A stretch of 64,000 nt of DNA from Candidatus Hodarchaeota archaeon (GTDB taxonomy: Archaea > Asgardarchaeota > Heimdallarchaeia > Hodarchaeales > Hodarchaeaceae): NCBI GenBank assembly GCA_029856365.1, contig JAHQWW010000004.1:1-64000 (forward strand). The letters are read 5' to 3'. The notes below the pieces were generated by a model, which saw only the letters and a list, made by a program, of their open reading frames with translations, searched no databases and was not told the DNA's origin. Positions 49,567-59,766 of the stretch are shown here, piece after piece; position 1 is the stretch's first letter; each line of letters opens with the position of its first letter. The position numbers and the translations under genes were made by a program.

Positions 49567-50307
49567 AGGATTTACCCTAACTGTTTATTAATTAGAGTGG
49601 AACATTAAATAACAACGCATTTGGATTTTTTAGAGGTGAATTATTGGAGTACATCATGTCCATTTATTCTATTCATGTTTTCTTGGCGATATTGTCCTCT
49701 TGATGTCAAGGAAATACGAGATTAATCTATTCGGAAAAAGCCCCTCTACTGAATTAGGTATTATAAAGTGACAAATCTTGATTTAAAAATATACATGATA
49801 CCTTTTGCCTTTTATAAGGAAGACATATCTTTATAAAGTGCCTATATAAACTTCGATTTTACTTTCTTTTTCATTTCCTTCAAAGGTTTGAAGAAACTAC
49901 AAAAAACAAAGATAAATGATTATTGTCGGAATTCTTATATTAATCTTAAAAAAGAATAAAGATAAAGGATTTGACATTGTGGTTCTACCTAAGGATACCA
50001 TCGAGAATGATTCATATGAATTGATTCAAATTTTTCGAAGTATTATGGATAGATTATCCTTAAAACTCCCCTCACAATTTATTAGTTATAGTTTATTTTG
50101 CAGTGAACTTGGAATCCTATATTAAATGAGAAAGAAAGAAAAAAAGAAAAAAATGAATAGATCTCCCTAAATGAATGTGAAATGTTCTTGCAAGAGATTT
50201 ATCTGATCCTTTTACTTGAAAAAAATACCTAAAAAAATGATGAATATTAAAGCTTTATTTATTACCGAAGACGAAGAAAACGCTAAAAAATAGGAGTATT
50301 TTAAGAA

Positions 50308-50574
50308 ATGTCCTTCTTTACTCGACAATTAGTAAAATTTAGGACAGAGATTATTGGAGGGGTAATTGCTCTTGTTATGATAGTTACAGGTCTCATTATC
50401 CCTTTCTTCATCCCCGATCAACTACCTTCAGCTCCGCAAGGTTTTGAAGATGCAACTTGGATTAAAACTCTTATCTCTCTCCTTTTCATTGGAATGGGTA
50501 TTTTATGCTTTGTTTGGCTTGTAATAATTCATAGATTCATTTTACGTAGGAGTAAGAAGGATTACATGTACTGA
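50308..50574 (+). CDS. Small 2-TM membrane protein
   Basis: Two hydrophobic helices; AGGAG upstream. Confidence 0.75.
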   Translation: MSFFTRQLVKFRTEIIGGVIALVMIVTGLIIPFFIPDQLPSAPQGFEDATWIKTLISLLFIGMGILCFVWLVIIHRFILRRSKKDYMY

Positions 50575-50645
50575 AACTCTGCTGCTGTTCTTTTCAGAAT
50601 TTAATATTATAATCTAGATTGAAAAACTTATAGAAATGCAATAAG

Positions 50646-51092
50646 ATGAGAAGATTTTTTGATTCTCTTTTAATAAAATTTAGAGGTAAAACTATGGCTA
50701 AAACGAATGAACCTGTTGTTGTTTCTTCTAAAGTCTGGGCAATTCTTCTTGAAATTGAAGCATTAAGAATAAAAGAACATAAGTTAATTCGTAACCTTTG
50801 GTTCGATTTGAAGGAACACCATCATCGTAAAATCCATCAGATGGTGTTTGAGCAAGCTTTGCAGTCAAATTCTGCGTTTCCTTCTGTCTCACGAAAAGAA
50901 CTCGATGATTGGGTTTCGAAAAACATTACCACAGTATTTATAACATTAATTGAGCAAGGGGACATTATTGTTCAAGAGGAAGAGCCAAGTAAACCTCGAA
51001 AGTGGTTGTTTCAGGGAGTGGAGAAAATTAAAAAGAAAATTGATGAGACTCGAGAAAAAAATGCTGCTGATCAGAAGAAGACCTCAAAATGA
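50646..51092 (+). CDS. Hypothetical protein
   Basis: 148 aa. The second Met (MAKTNE), preceded by GAGGT, may be the true start. Confidence 0.7.
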   Translation: MRRFFDSLLIKFRGKTMAKTNEPVVVSSKVWAILLEIEALRIKEHKLIRNLWFDLKEHHHRKIHQMVFEQALQSNSAFPSVSRKELDDWVSKNITTVFITLIEQGDIIVQEEEPSKPRKWLFQGVEKIKKKIDETREKNAADQKKTSK

Positions 51093-51148
51093 ATACAAAT
51101 TTTAGATAGGCTAGACATCAAGCATTTTTCTCTTATTAACTACCGAAG

Positions 51149-53857
51149 ATGGAGGAAAATAAATTTCAATATTCATTTACTCAATTATTGAAAAATCCTC
51201 CTCCCCCAAAAAAACCAACAAAAATCCTCTTAGAAATCTTCTTCCAACTAAATTCATTGAAACTCAAACACTTGACATGCAGCAATATTTTGCTTCAATT
51301 CATTAGCCTCCTTTTTTTCAGTCCAAAAAGTATTCCTTTTTCTAATGACGAACGATTCACTAATTGGAAAGAAGTATACGACTATTATGGTAACCCTGAA
51401 CGTATTTTTCTTTCAATAGAAGATAAATTAATTCCTACTTCCATAAAAAGCTTATTTCTTAACAAAAATCATAATCAAGACGATAAATTGGTGGCAGATT
51501 GGTTAAATACAATTGATTGGGGTACTACTGCGGATTATCTTAGCAAGAATTATCGTTGGTTAAATGACTATTATGATTTAGAAACTAATGAAACAGATTT
51601 AATCACCTTAGAAATCTTTGATACTATTGCAGCTAGCTTGAAGAGAGACGAGTCCTCTTCGAAAAATTTGTGGGGGGAAGTTTATACTCCTTATCGATTT
51701 GCAGCCTATATAGCAAAAGAAAGCTTGATTCATTGGCTTAATAGCTGTTTCCAAGGAAACAAACATATCAATTTATTAAATCAAAATGTGTCCGAACTAG
51801 ATGAAGAGTCCAAATCTCTTCTTCTAAATAAGCTCGAGTCTATTAAAATATTAGATCCAGCAGCAGGTACAGGTGTTTTTCTACTTGCTGCTGCAAAATT
51901 GTTATTAAAAAAATTGAAGGAATTACAACCTAATGGATCCACCCAAAACTTGAAAACTCAGATATTGGAGAGAAATCTTTTTGGTGTAGATATAGATATC
52001 TTTGCTGTAACTATTTCTTTAATGAAATTCTGGTTGTGGGCTTGGGATCATAAGGATTTACATTCTTTTGTCCAAATTTCATTTAAATATAATTTTTATG
52101 AGGGTAATGCCCTTTTGGGGTTCCAAAACATGCCCACAGACTATAGAAAAAACAATCTGGCAAAGCAGCAGTTAGAAAAGCAAAAAAGCTTGCTTGACTA
52201 CCAATATGATCAGAAAAATCTCAATCAATTTGCCATTTATAAAGTATCAAATCACCAAAGCTCTATTCAAGGACTAAATCAGCTTTTTAAGTTCGCTCAA
52301 AGTCTTATTAAACATCATTCATTTAAATATTTCATTTTAGAGGGTGATCGTGTTCTCTGGAATAGTGAAAAAGATAGCTTAAACAAGAATGTATTGAAGA
52401 AAACTCGATTTTCCGCTTCAAATTCATGTTCTTCAAATTACAATCTCTATGCTGTTTTTTCACCTTCATTAAATGCGAAAGAAGAAGAAACAATAACATC
52501 TACACTTTTAGAATGTAAAAAATATTCCATCCCCAAAAAGTTTCATTGGATTTATTTTGGACCATATACTCCTAAGTTCGATTTGATTATCGGCAATCCT
52601 CCATTTGTAGCATTAACTGATATGACGATGATTTCACGAAAAATGCTACGAAGAGAATATCCAAATATTTATACAGGTAATAATGATCTTTCTTACTTCT
52701 TTATTACTCGTGCTCTATCGGCCTTAAGAACTGATAATGGAATTTTATCATTTATTCTCCCAAAATATCTATTACACAGTGTATATGCTAGAAAAATCAG
52801 GAATTTGATAGTCCGATCAGCAAAAATTCTTGAAATTCATGATTTAGCAGAATTTGCCCTGTTTAAAAATACGAGTATAAAAAATATTATTTTACATTTA
52901 AAGAGAGGCAGAATCCGCTCTAATGATATATTTATCTATTATAAATATCGAAAAAAGAAATCTCAAGCCTATAGGGAAGTCTGTAACATTCAGCAGTCCA
53001 ATCTTAAATCAGAAAAGTGGATACTACTTGATCCTCCTAAGTTAAATCTTCTCAATCGCATTAGAAAGAATTCTAATATGAGACTGAAGGACGTAGCTTA
53101 TATTAGTAAAGGAATCGAAACTGGTTGCGATCGTATTTTTGCACCTAAAGAGCCATTCTATTTTTCTAGGATATTAAAGGTCAATCAAATCCATATTAAA
53201 CCTTGGATCAAAGGAAAAGACATTAAACGATTTTCAATATCTAGCACAGGAAGAGAGGTTCTTTTTGCTCCCTGTTATCGTAAACATGAAATTATAGCAA
53301 ATAAGAAAATCTTAAACTATCTTAAACAAAACAAAAAATTATTATTAAATAGAAGCCGCGTTTTTAAATTTTACCTTTGGCGATCTGGGGATGAAAGAAA
53401 GACAATGAAGTGGGATACCCGTAAAATTGTTTCTCCCTATAAGGCCACTCAAAATACCTTTGCAATCGATTTAAAAGGCAGTCTTTCCTCAAAAGATGTT
53501 GTTTGGATAATTCCTAATGAAAAATTCTCTAAAAAAGATTTTATTCTGTTTTTAGTTGCTATTTTGAATTCTGAAGTGTTAACCTTCTTTGCCCTGAATT
53601 CTATCAAAGATCTTGGAGGTCTCTATGAATATTATCCAAAACAAATCCAGGATTTTCCCTTGGTTATTCCAAAATTCAATACACCAGAGTATAAATCCAT
53701 TTGTGATCTTACTTCCAAGATATTGAAGAGTCAAAATGACATAAAAAAAATGAAATCAGAACGGAGATTAAATGAAATTATCTTTAAATTATATTGTCTT
53801 TCTCAAGAAGAAATAGATCTTTTAGAGGAGTGCAATCATCAGTGTTTCCAGAAATAA
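51149..53857 (+). CDS. Amino (N6-adenine) DNA methyltransferase, Eco57I/TaqI-like with C-terminal TRD
   Basis: GEVYTP, ILDPAAGTGVF, GVDID, IIGNPPF; TaqI_C-like AILNS region. Confidence 0.9.
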   Translation: MEENKFQYSFTQLLKNPPPPKKPTKILLEIFFQLNSLKLKHLTCSNILLQFISLLFFSPKSIPFSNDERFTNWKEVYDYYGNPERIFLSIEDKLIPTSIKSLFLNKNHNQDDKLVADWLNTIDWGTTADYLSKNYRWLNDYYDLETNETDLITLEIFDTIAASLKRDESSSKNLWGEVYTPYRFAAYIAKESLIHWLNSCFQGNKHINLLNQNVSELDEESKSLLLNKLESIKILDPAAGTGVFLLAAAKLLLKKLKELQPNGSTQNLKTQILERNLFGVDIDIFAVTISLMKFWLWAWDHKDLHSFVQISFKYNFYEGNALLGFQNMPTDYRKNNLAKQQLEKQKSLLDYQYDQKNLNQFAIYKVSNHQSSIQGLNQLFKFAQSLIKHHSFKYFILEGDRVLWNSEKDSLNKNVLKKTRFSASNSCSSNYNLYAVFSPSLNAKEEETITSTLLECKKYSIPKKFHWIYFGPYTPKFDLIIGNPPFVALTDMTMISRKMLRREYPNIYTGNNDLSYFFITRALSALRTDNGILSFILPKYLLHSVYARKIRNLIVRSAKILEIHDLAEFALFKNTSIKNIILHLKRGRIRSNDIFIYYKYRKKKSQAYREVCNIQQSNLKSEKWILLDPPKLNLLNRIRKNSNMRLKDVAYISKGIETGCDRIFAPKEPFYFSRILKVNQIHIKPWIKGKDIKRFSISSTGREVLFAPCYRKHEIIANKKILNYLKQNKKLLLNRSRVFKFYLWRSGDERKTMKWDTRKIVSPYKATQNTFAIDLKGSLSSKDVVWIIPNEKFSKKDFILFLVAILNSEVLTFFALNSIKDLGGLYEYYPKQIQDFPLVIPKFNTPEYKSICDLTSKILKSQNDIKKMKSERRLNEIIFKLYCLSQEEIDLLEECNHQCFQK

Positions 53858-53878
53858 ATTTACATTAAATATGTTAAA

Positions 53879-56155
53879 TCATGATTTCTTATCATTTCTA
53901 ACCGATAAGAAATCAAAATACTCCAGAGCCTTATTGAAGTAGCTTTGTTCCAACAGAGGATGAGCTTTCAAAGTTATGATGAACTCTTCTCTGGTCAATT
54001 TATAGACTAAGGCAGCAACAGCATCGATAGCAGTAATAGAATCTTGGTAATCCGCTTCTAATCGAGCTTTTGCAAGGGAGGAAGAGGCCTCCATTTTTCG
54101 TCTTGCCCATTCCCTTCCTAGGGGAATAAAACTTTTAACAATAGAAACCATTTTTTGGTGAAATTCTTTATTAGGATCGAACAAAGGAACAGGCATACTA
54201 TCCATAATATACTGATTGATGTTTATCCCATAGCAAAGCTGGCGTATTCTAAACTCGAAAGGGATAGAACACATAATCCCAGCTAAATAGAATTCCACGT
54301 TAGTAATGCTTGGAAGATTATAGAGACAAATCACACTATTCGAAATAACGGATTTTGGTGGAAGAATGGCAATTCGCATTCGCCTGCGTCTGTGATTTCC
54401 TGAAAAATTTTTCCATACGATGATTGTTTGATCCCAAAATGAAATTTTCCTCTGATATTCCTTAAATGATCGAATCCAATACCGAGGATATGTATCATCA
54501 AATCCTAACCGCACTAAATGACGTCCTTCTATAAGGGGATGTGGAGTGATATTTTTGATTAATAGATTCCTATCATTAGTCATATCAACTCCTCGTGACG
54601 TTTTGCAGCCCCATTTATTAGAGGAAAGGGGAGAAAATTTAGTCATCTTTCGATTTATTTTTAATTCAAGTTGATTTCGCACTGCTGGAACGATACATTC
54701 AGGGGAAGCAATAAGAATATCCTCCCGTGAAAAATAAATGAGATTTTCAGATGTTTTAGACAGATTCTTTACACTAATTTTGGATAAAGCGTCAGTAGAG
54801 GAAATTCCTTTAATAAATGGGAAAACCTCATCTGCAGTGCTTTTTTGAGCTAAAACAATAAGAATACTCAGGCCTGGTTCAGCATCAGGAAACATTTCCT
54901 TATTAGAGACGATTTCAATTATTAAATCAAGACGCATTTTCGTTATTAGCATTCGTCGTAAAGGTTGACTATAATACTCTCCCAAAAGTCCACCAGGAAG
55001 AATGATACCCAAAAAGCCATCAGAACTACAGAGATTATAAAATCGTTCAAGAAAGAGTTTAAATAAGTTTTTCTCGCCTGGTTGCCACTGAAAATACTTG
55101 TTAAAATATTCAGTAGTGTTTTTGTAAAATTCTTTCATTTTTAAATACTTGGAATGTGATTCAGTGTCTTTATCTCGAATTGTCTTGATTTGATGTGAAT
55201 AATTTGCTCCCTCAATAGCTGTAGATCCTAACCATTCTCGATCATAAAGCTTCCATTTGTCCCACGGAGGATTACCGATAACTGCATTGAATCCATAGTC
55301 TTCAGAAAAAAAGACTTCGGGAAATTCTAATTCCCAGAGAAATGTGACCAATTCTTTATTCTTAGCTTTAAAAATAAACGAAAAAAAAGGTATTATTGTC
55401 ATCTGATCAAATAACTTGTTTGCCAGTTCAGCTTTATATTTCTCATTTTCTTTTAATATTATATCTACACTCCCATCAAAAGTTTTGTTCCAGTACATCT
55501 TTGACATTCGATCTCTTTGTAAAAGAAGAGTGCTAATTTCTGTAGAATACAGAGAAAATAACTTATTTCTCGCTTCACTGTTCATATGAATAGGAGAAAT
55601 TAGTGAGTTTCCTGTTTTTAAATTAAATTTGACCGCAATCCGTGCTAATCTCGTTATTTCAGGTGTAGAAAATTCTTCTATGATCTTATCACGAGCCTGA
55701 TATACAATTTCTGGGTCAAGATCTACCCCATAAATCATCGATCTAATAATATGAAGTCTCCAAACATCTAATGTAAATTTATCTTTCTTCCCCACCATTA
55801 AAAAATCCATTGCTAATTTTTTTTGAAAATAAGTGCAAAAAAGATCTAAATAAGATGATGTTCGGGTTTTTTCCCATAATTCGCTCAAAAATTCCTCAAA
55901 GAAATGAATCACTTCAACCAAAAATACTCCGTCACCCATGGCTGGATCTACAAAGCGTAAGGTTAGAACTTTATTAAGTAGGTTTGCGATAGTTGAATAT
56001 TTAGTAGGATCTTCAAGAGAACGCCATGGTTTCCAAAAACACTCTGAAATAATCGACCCGCATACTTCATGGACTATTTGGCGTGCGATCATAGGATGGG
56101 TAAAAAACTGTCCGTGTTGTTTTTTTTTGACAAGAGTAGAGTGTTTATAAAACAT
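53879..56155 (-). CDS. Amino (N6-adenine) DNA methyltransferase, Eco57I-like
   Basis: GQFFT, DPAMGDGVF, GVDLD, WELEFPEVF…IGNPPW. Confidence 0.9.
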   Translation of the reverse strand: MFYKHSTLVKKKQHGQFFTHPMIARQIVHEVCGSIISECFWKPWRSLEDPTKYSTIANLLNKVLTLRFVDPAMGDGVFLVEVIHFFEEFLSELWEKTRTSSYLDLFCTYFQKKLAMDFLMVGKKDKFTLDVWRLHIIRSMIYGVDLDPEIVYQARDKIIEEFSTPEITRLARIAVKFNLKTGNSLISPIHMNSEARNKLFSLYSTEISTLLLQRDRMSKMYWNKTFDGSVDIILKENEKYKAELANKLFDQMTIIPFFSFIFKAKNKELVTFLWELEFPEVFFSEDYGFNAVIGNPPWDKWKLYDREWLGSTAIEGANYSHQIKTIRDKDTESHSKYLKMKEFYKNTTEYFNKYFQWQPGEKNLFKLFLERFYNLCSSDGFLGIILPGGLLGEYYSQPLRRMLITKMRLDLIIEIVSNKEMFPDAEPGLSILIVLAQKSTADEVFPFIKGISSTDALSKISVKNLSKTSENLIYFSREDILIASPECIVPAVRNQLELKINRKMTKFSPLSSNKWGCKTSRGVDMTNDRNLLIKNITPHPLIEGRHLVRLGFDDTYPRYWIRSFKEYQRKISFWDQTIIVWKNFSGNHRRRRMRIAILPPKSVISNSVICLYNLPSITNVEFYLAGIMCSIPFEFRIRQLCYGININQYIMDSMPVPLFDPNKEFHQKMVSIVKSFIPLGREWARRKMEASSSLAKARLEADYQDSITAIDAVAALVYKLTREEFIITLKAHPLLEQSYFNKALEYFDFLSVRNDKKS

Positions 56156-56185
56156 TTGAGATTCCTATAATTCATTATGAGAGTA

Positions 56186-58768
56186 TCATTTAGCTTTTTG
56201 GATCCGCATTTGTACTAGATTCTTTAAATCATTGTATAAGTTATTTACCAATGCCTGTGAGAGTGAAAATAATCTCGCCACATAATCGTTAGTAATTTGC
56301 TTTATTGATTTTGGGGTTCCTTGTAAGACAGAGAATGGAGAATAGTCTAAAAGCTGTGAAAAAGCGTGAAATATATCTTTTGAATAAGTCTTGACTAATA
56401 AATCGTAGTTAGGAATTTTAAGCAATTCATATTCATAAACTTTGATATCTAAACCGCCTTCACCCAAATTACTACGTCCCAAAAGTTCTAATTGTAAAGT
56501 GGTAAAAATAGAATTAAGGTACAAGAAATAACTAGTAAATAAGAGGTCACCTTGTTTAAATTTAGTATTAATAAATTGGATACCATATAAACGAGCATCA
56601 AAATAAAAATCTTGCGGATTATAGAAAAATGGAAATCGGTCATTGATTGTCATGAGGCAAAGAAGGTTGAAGGACTCATATTCATGTGATGGTAGACTAT
56701 ACCAATTTTTCCGTGAACTACACGTTGGTCTTTGGTTGAATTTATTACCCACGGACGGAATCCATTTCTCTCCCCAACGAATGTATTTTCTTATGCCTGT
56801 TTTTAATCGATTAATGGGAGAAGGGGAAGCAATCAAAATAACTACAAAATTTAGGTCTTTTTCATGAATCTCATAATTTGTGAGACTCCGAGGGGATTTG
56901 ACTAAATAATTAGGAACCCAAGTAGAACCATCGTTGTCTTTAAAAGAATACTCCCAAGAATATTTTTCTTGTCCAATATCACGATGCATCCAATAATCCT
57001 TTTCAATGATGAACATCGGTTCACTTGGATGAAATCCTTGAGCTTTAAATTGCTTAATTACTAGCTCATCCTTTAAATATAACATTAAATCTCCAGTGTC
57101 TGAATCCCAGCTAGATGTAAAGAATGCATTTGATTTACCTGGTTTACCCACATAAAAAAAGTCATTTGCTCCACTTGTAAACCCCCTTCGGACATGAGCC
57201 ACTTCTCCCAATATAATTAGCTTTTCATCAAGCTTTTTTATTAGTTTGAAGTAGTCTATTGGAGCGCGAAAATATATTCCCCATTTAGATTTCGAGAAAA
57301 GCTCTTTTTGTTTCACAGAAACAACTTGAATCCTTGATGAGTAATCTTTGAGATGGGAAATCTTTTTATCAACCAGTAGTTCAAGATCTAATATGTTGTT
57401 AATTGATACAAAGTTAACCAAGTTTTCAGAGTTGGTAACTTCTTGATATGCCTCCATTTTCTTTCGTTTAAGCTTCAGGATAGCTGTATTAACATCTGCA
57501 GTTGGAATAACCTTTTGTATTCTAGAATTAATAATAAATTCAATCAAATAATGGTCTAAAATGAATTGTTGGAGTTGTTGACCATAAACTACATCCAACC
57601 AAGAATTAGGAATAATTAATCCGACATTATCTTCTTCATCCAAGAGACTAGTTGCATGCACTAAAAAATAAACATATAAACCTGATCTTCCTGATAATGA
57701 AGTTCTGCTATAAGAGGGGGTTGTTTCAATTTTTTGGAGATCTAACAGGATTTTCTCTTTTAAAAACTCCTTATATTCTGTTGTGAGTATCTCATGACGA
57801 GTATAGGGAGGATTCATTAATAACGTGGTCATCCCTGAGTTTTTCATTAACAATTCTAATGTTGAGGAGTCACAATTGAAGAAATCATAACGATAAATCC
57901 GCCAATCAGCCATGGAGTTTGGATTTATTAAAAGAAAATAATTGATAGCACTCTCTGCAATATCTGCTAAAACAGGGTCTAGTTCAACACCAATAAGCTC
58001 AATCTGATTGTACTGAATTGTTCTAGACTCAATTAAGACTCTTAAAGCACCTAAAAGGAATATTCCTGTTCCACATGCAGGATCGATAATTCTGGTGGTT
58101 TTTTCTGTTAAATTCTGTTTACAGATGAAATCTACAACCGGTAATGGTGTGAAGATTTGCCCTTGTAGTTGTTTTTGGTACTCTGGGATTCCTATTTCGA
58201 ATATATATGGTAGTAATAGCTGATTTCCGCTTTTAATATCCCCTCTAATTTTACAAATAAGATTAATGATTTCTAGACAAGAATCCCAGTCTTTAAACAT
58301 GAAAATAAGAAGTTTATTAAGAGGAAAACCCTCATAATCCAAAATAGGGGTTTTCGGTTCAGATTTATTTGCTAATCTCCAAAGATTCTCTAAATAACCG
58401 ACAAATTGATTTCGAGCTTCTTCTAAATTAGAGGAATCTTCTAAAGGGGACTGAATCAGGAGAGAAATTTTTTCTAGAAATGAATTTAGCTCAGGAGTAT
58501 TTTCTAACTTCTTCAATGAGAGCTGAATTTTATCATAAAGGAGAGTAATCAATATTTTTGATAGTGGTTGTACGAATTTTAAGGGCTTATTTTGCCATTC
58601 ATTCCATGAAACCTCGTCTAAAACCTCATAAATTCGTTCTTGAAGTGGTAGTTGGTGAATGAATTGCTTTTGTATGTAAGTTTCCACTGAAGGGAGAAGA
58701 ATTTGAAAAAAAGATAAAAAGTATTGTGGTTGCATTTTTCCAATTGACAACATTTCTGTGGATCTCAT
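56186..58768 (-). CDS. Amino (N6-adenine) DNA methyltransferase
   Basis: GQIFTP, IIDPACGTGIF, GVELD, NPPY, GFTSGANDFF, GRSNLGEGGL. Confidence 0.9.
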   Translation of the reverse strand: MRSTEMLSIGKMQPQYFLSFFQILLPSVETYIQKQFIHQLPLQERIYEVLDEVSWNEWQNKPLKFVQPLSKILITLLYDKIQLSLKKLENTPELNSFLEKISLLIQSPLEDSSNLEEARNQFVGYLENLWRLANKSEPKTPILDYEGFPLNKLLIFMFKDWDSCLEIINLICKIRGDIKSGNQLLLPYIFEIGIPEYQKQLQGQIFTPLPVVDFICKQNLTEKTTRIIDPACGTGIFLLGALRVLIESRTIQYNQIELIGVELDPVLADIAESAINYFLLINPNSMADWRIYRYDFFNCDSSTLELLMKNSGMTTLLMNPPYTRHEILTTEYKEFLKEKILLDLQKIETTPSYSRTSLSGRSGLYVYFLVHATSLLDEEDNVGLIIPNSWLDVVYGQQLQQFILDHYLIEFIINSRIQKVIPTADVNTAILKLKRKKMEAYQEVTNSENLVNFVSINNILDLELLVDKKISHLKDYSSRIQVVSVKQKELFSKSKWGIYFRAPIDYFKLIKKLDEKLIILGEVAHVRRGFTSGANDFFYVGKPGKSNAFFTSSWDSDTGDLMLYLKDELVIKQFKAQGFHPSEPMFIIEKDYWMHRDIGQEKYSWEYSFKDNDGSTWVPNYLVKSPRSLTNYEIHEKDLNFVVILIASPSPINRLKTGIRKYIRWGEKWIPSVGNKFNQRPTCSSRKNWYSLPSHEYESFNLLCLMTINDRFPFFYNPQDFYFDARLYGIQFINTKFKQGDLLFTSYFLYLNSIFTTLQLELLGRSNLGEGGLDIKVYEYELLKIPNYDLLVKTYSKDIFHAFSQLLDYSPFSVLQGTPKSIKQITNDYVARLFSLSQALVNNLYNDLKNLVQMRIQKAK

Positions 58769-58813
58769 TATATCAACAATTTGAAAGTAAATATTTTTCT
58801 CTTTCTTGGTTTT

Positions 58814-59581
58814 TTACTGATTTTCTAAAGGAAAAAATAAATCCAGTGGGGCAATCTTGGGAACCTCTGTCTCATAATACATACATATCTCAGTCATTGG
58901 GCATAATGGACATTTCGGCTTCTGTGCTGTGCAAACTATTGCTCCCAGATCTAAGATACCCTGATTGATAAACCAAACGTTTCCTTTAGAAATGATTGTT
59001 TCAGAAAGCTTCCAAATCTCTTTCTCAAATATTACGTTTTTTTCCCACTTCCACAAACCGAAAATACGTCCTAGAACGCGTTCTACATTTACATCAACAA
59101 TTGCAGCAGTTCTATCCTCCTTCTCAAAAGCAAAACTAAGAATCGCGCCTGCAGTATAGCGGCCAATACCTTTGAGGGATAAAAGGTCATCCAAGTTACT
59201 AGGAAACTGTCCATTTCTCTCAAATGTAATTTGTTTAGCAATTTCATGTAAATATTCACCTCTTCGTTTGTACCCCAATTGATCAGTGATTTCTTTAATC
59301 TCTTTAAGAGGCGAATGAGCCAACCTTTGAATAGTTGGGAACTGTTGCAAGAATTTATTGTATATGGGAACGACAATTTCTACATTAGTCTGTTGAAGCA
59401 TAATTTCGCTGACAAGAATTTTGTAAGGATCTCGAGTACGACGCCAAGGTAAATCACGACCGTTTTGTACAAACCATTCAACGAGGGCCTTGACAAAAAA
59501 TGCCAATCGTTGGCTTTGTATATCGTTAAGAAAAGACACCCTTTTCTTAAGTGATTTTTGTGCTTTCTTCTGACTTGTCAT
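58814..59581 (-). CDS. mutY: A/G-specific adenine glycosylase, short form (HhH-GPD, 4Fe-4S)
   Basis: RDLPWR, SEIMLQQT, LGY, GIGRYTAGAI, VDVNV, CTAQKPKCPLCPMTEIC; no C-terminal MutT-like domain. Confidence 0.88.
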   Translation of the reverse strand: MTSQKKAQKSLKKRVSFLNDIQSQRLAFFVKALVEWFVQNGRDLPWRRTRDPYKILVSEIMLQQTNVEIVVPIYNKFLQQFPTIQRLAHSPLKEIKEITDQLGYKRRGEYLHEIAKQITFERNGQFPSNLDDLLSLKGIGRYTAGAILSFAFEKEDRTAAIVDVNVERVLGRIFGLWKWEKNVIFEKEIWKLSETIISKGNVWFINQGILDLGAIVCTAQKPKCPLCPMTEICMYYETEVPKIAPLDLFFPLENQ

Positions 59582-59766
59582 CTTATATTGCTCTAATTCA
59601 TGAAAGTTTTTTAGAGATCTTTCTTGATTTAATACATTGAAAGATAATACTACCCCAGTTATTTATTTTTTTTATTTTCAGTTTTTTAATACGAGTGTGG
59701 AGTTAAGTCATCACGAAAAGAATGCTTAAAAACACGAAAAATCGTTACTTTTTTTAATCTTGGAGG

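Noticed and set aside
49567-50307. AT-rich gap upstream of polB as a replication origin; 69-aa ORF at 49916
   Set aside because: No ORB-like repeats or cdc6 are visible. The repeated TTATAAAGTG fits divergent TATA boxes, and the ORF is low-complexity and unconvincing.
51149-58768. BREX/DISARM or type I R-M system
   Set aside because: No PglZ, BrxC, helicase, HsdR or HsdS gene is present within the window.
58814-59581. T:G mismatch glycosylase (MIG) protecting 5mC sites
   Set aside because: It has MutY-type LQQT/LGY motifs, and the neighbouring MTases are NPP(Y/F/W) amino-MTases, not C5 MTases.
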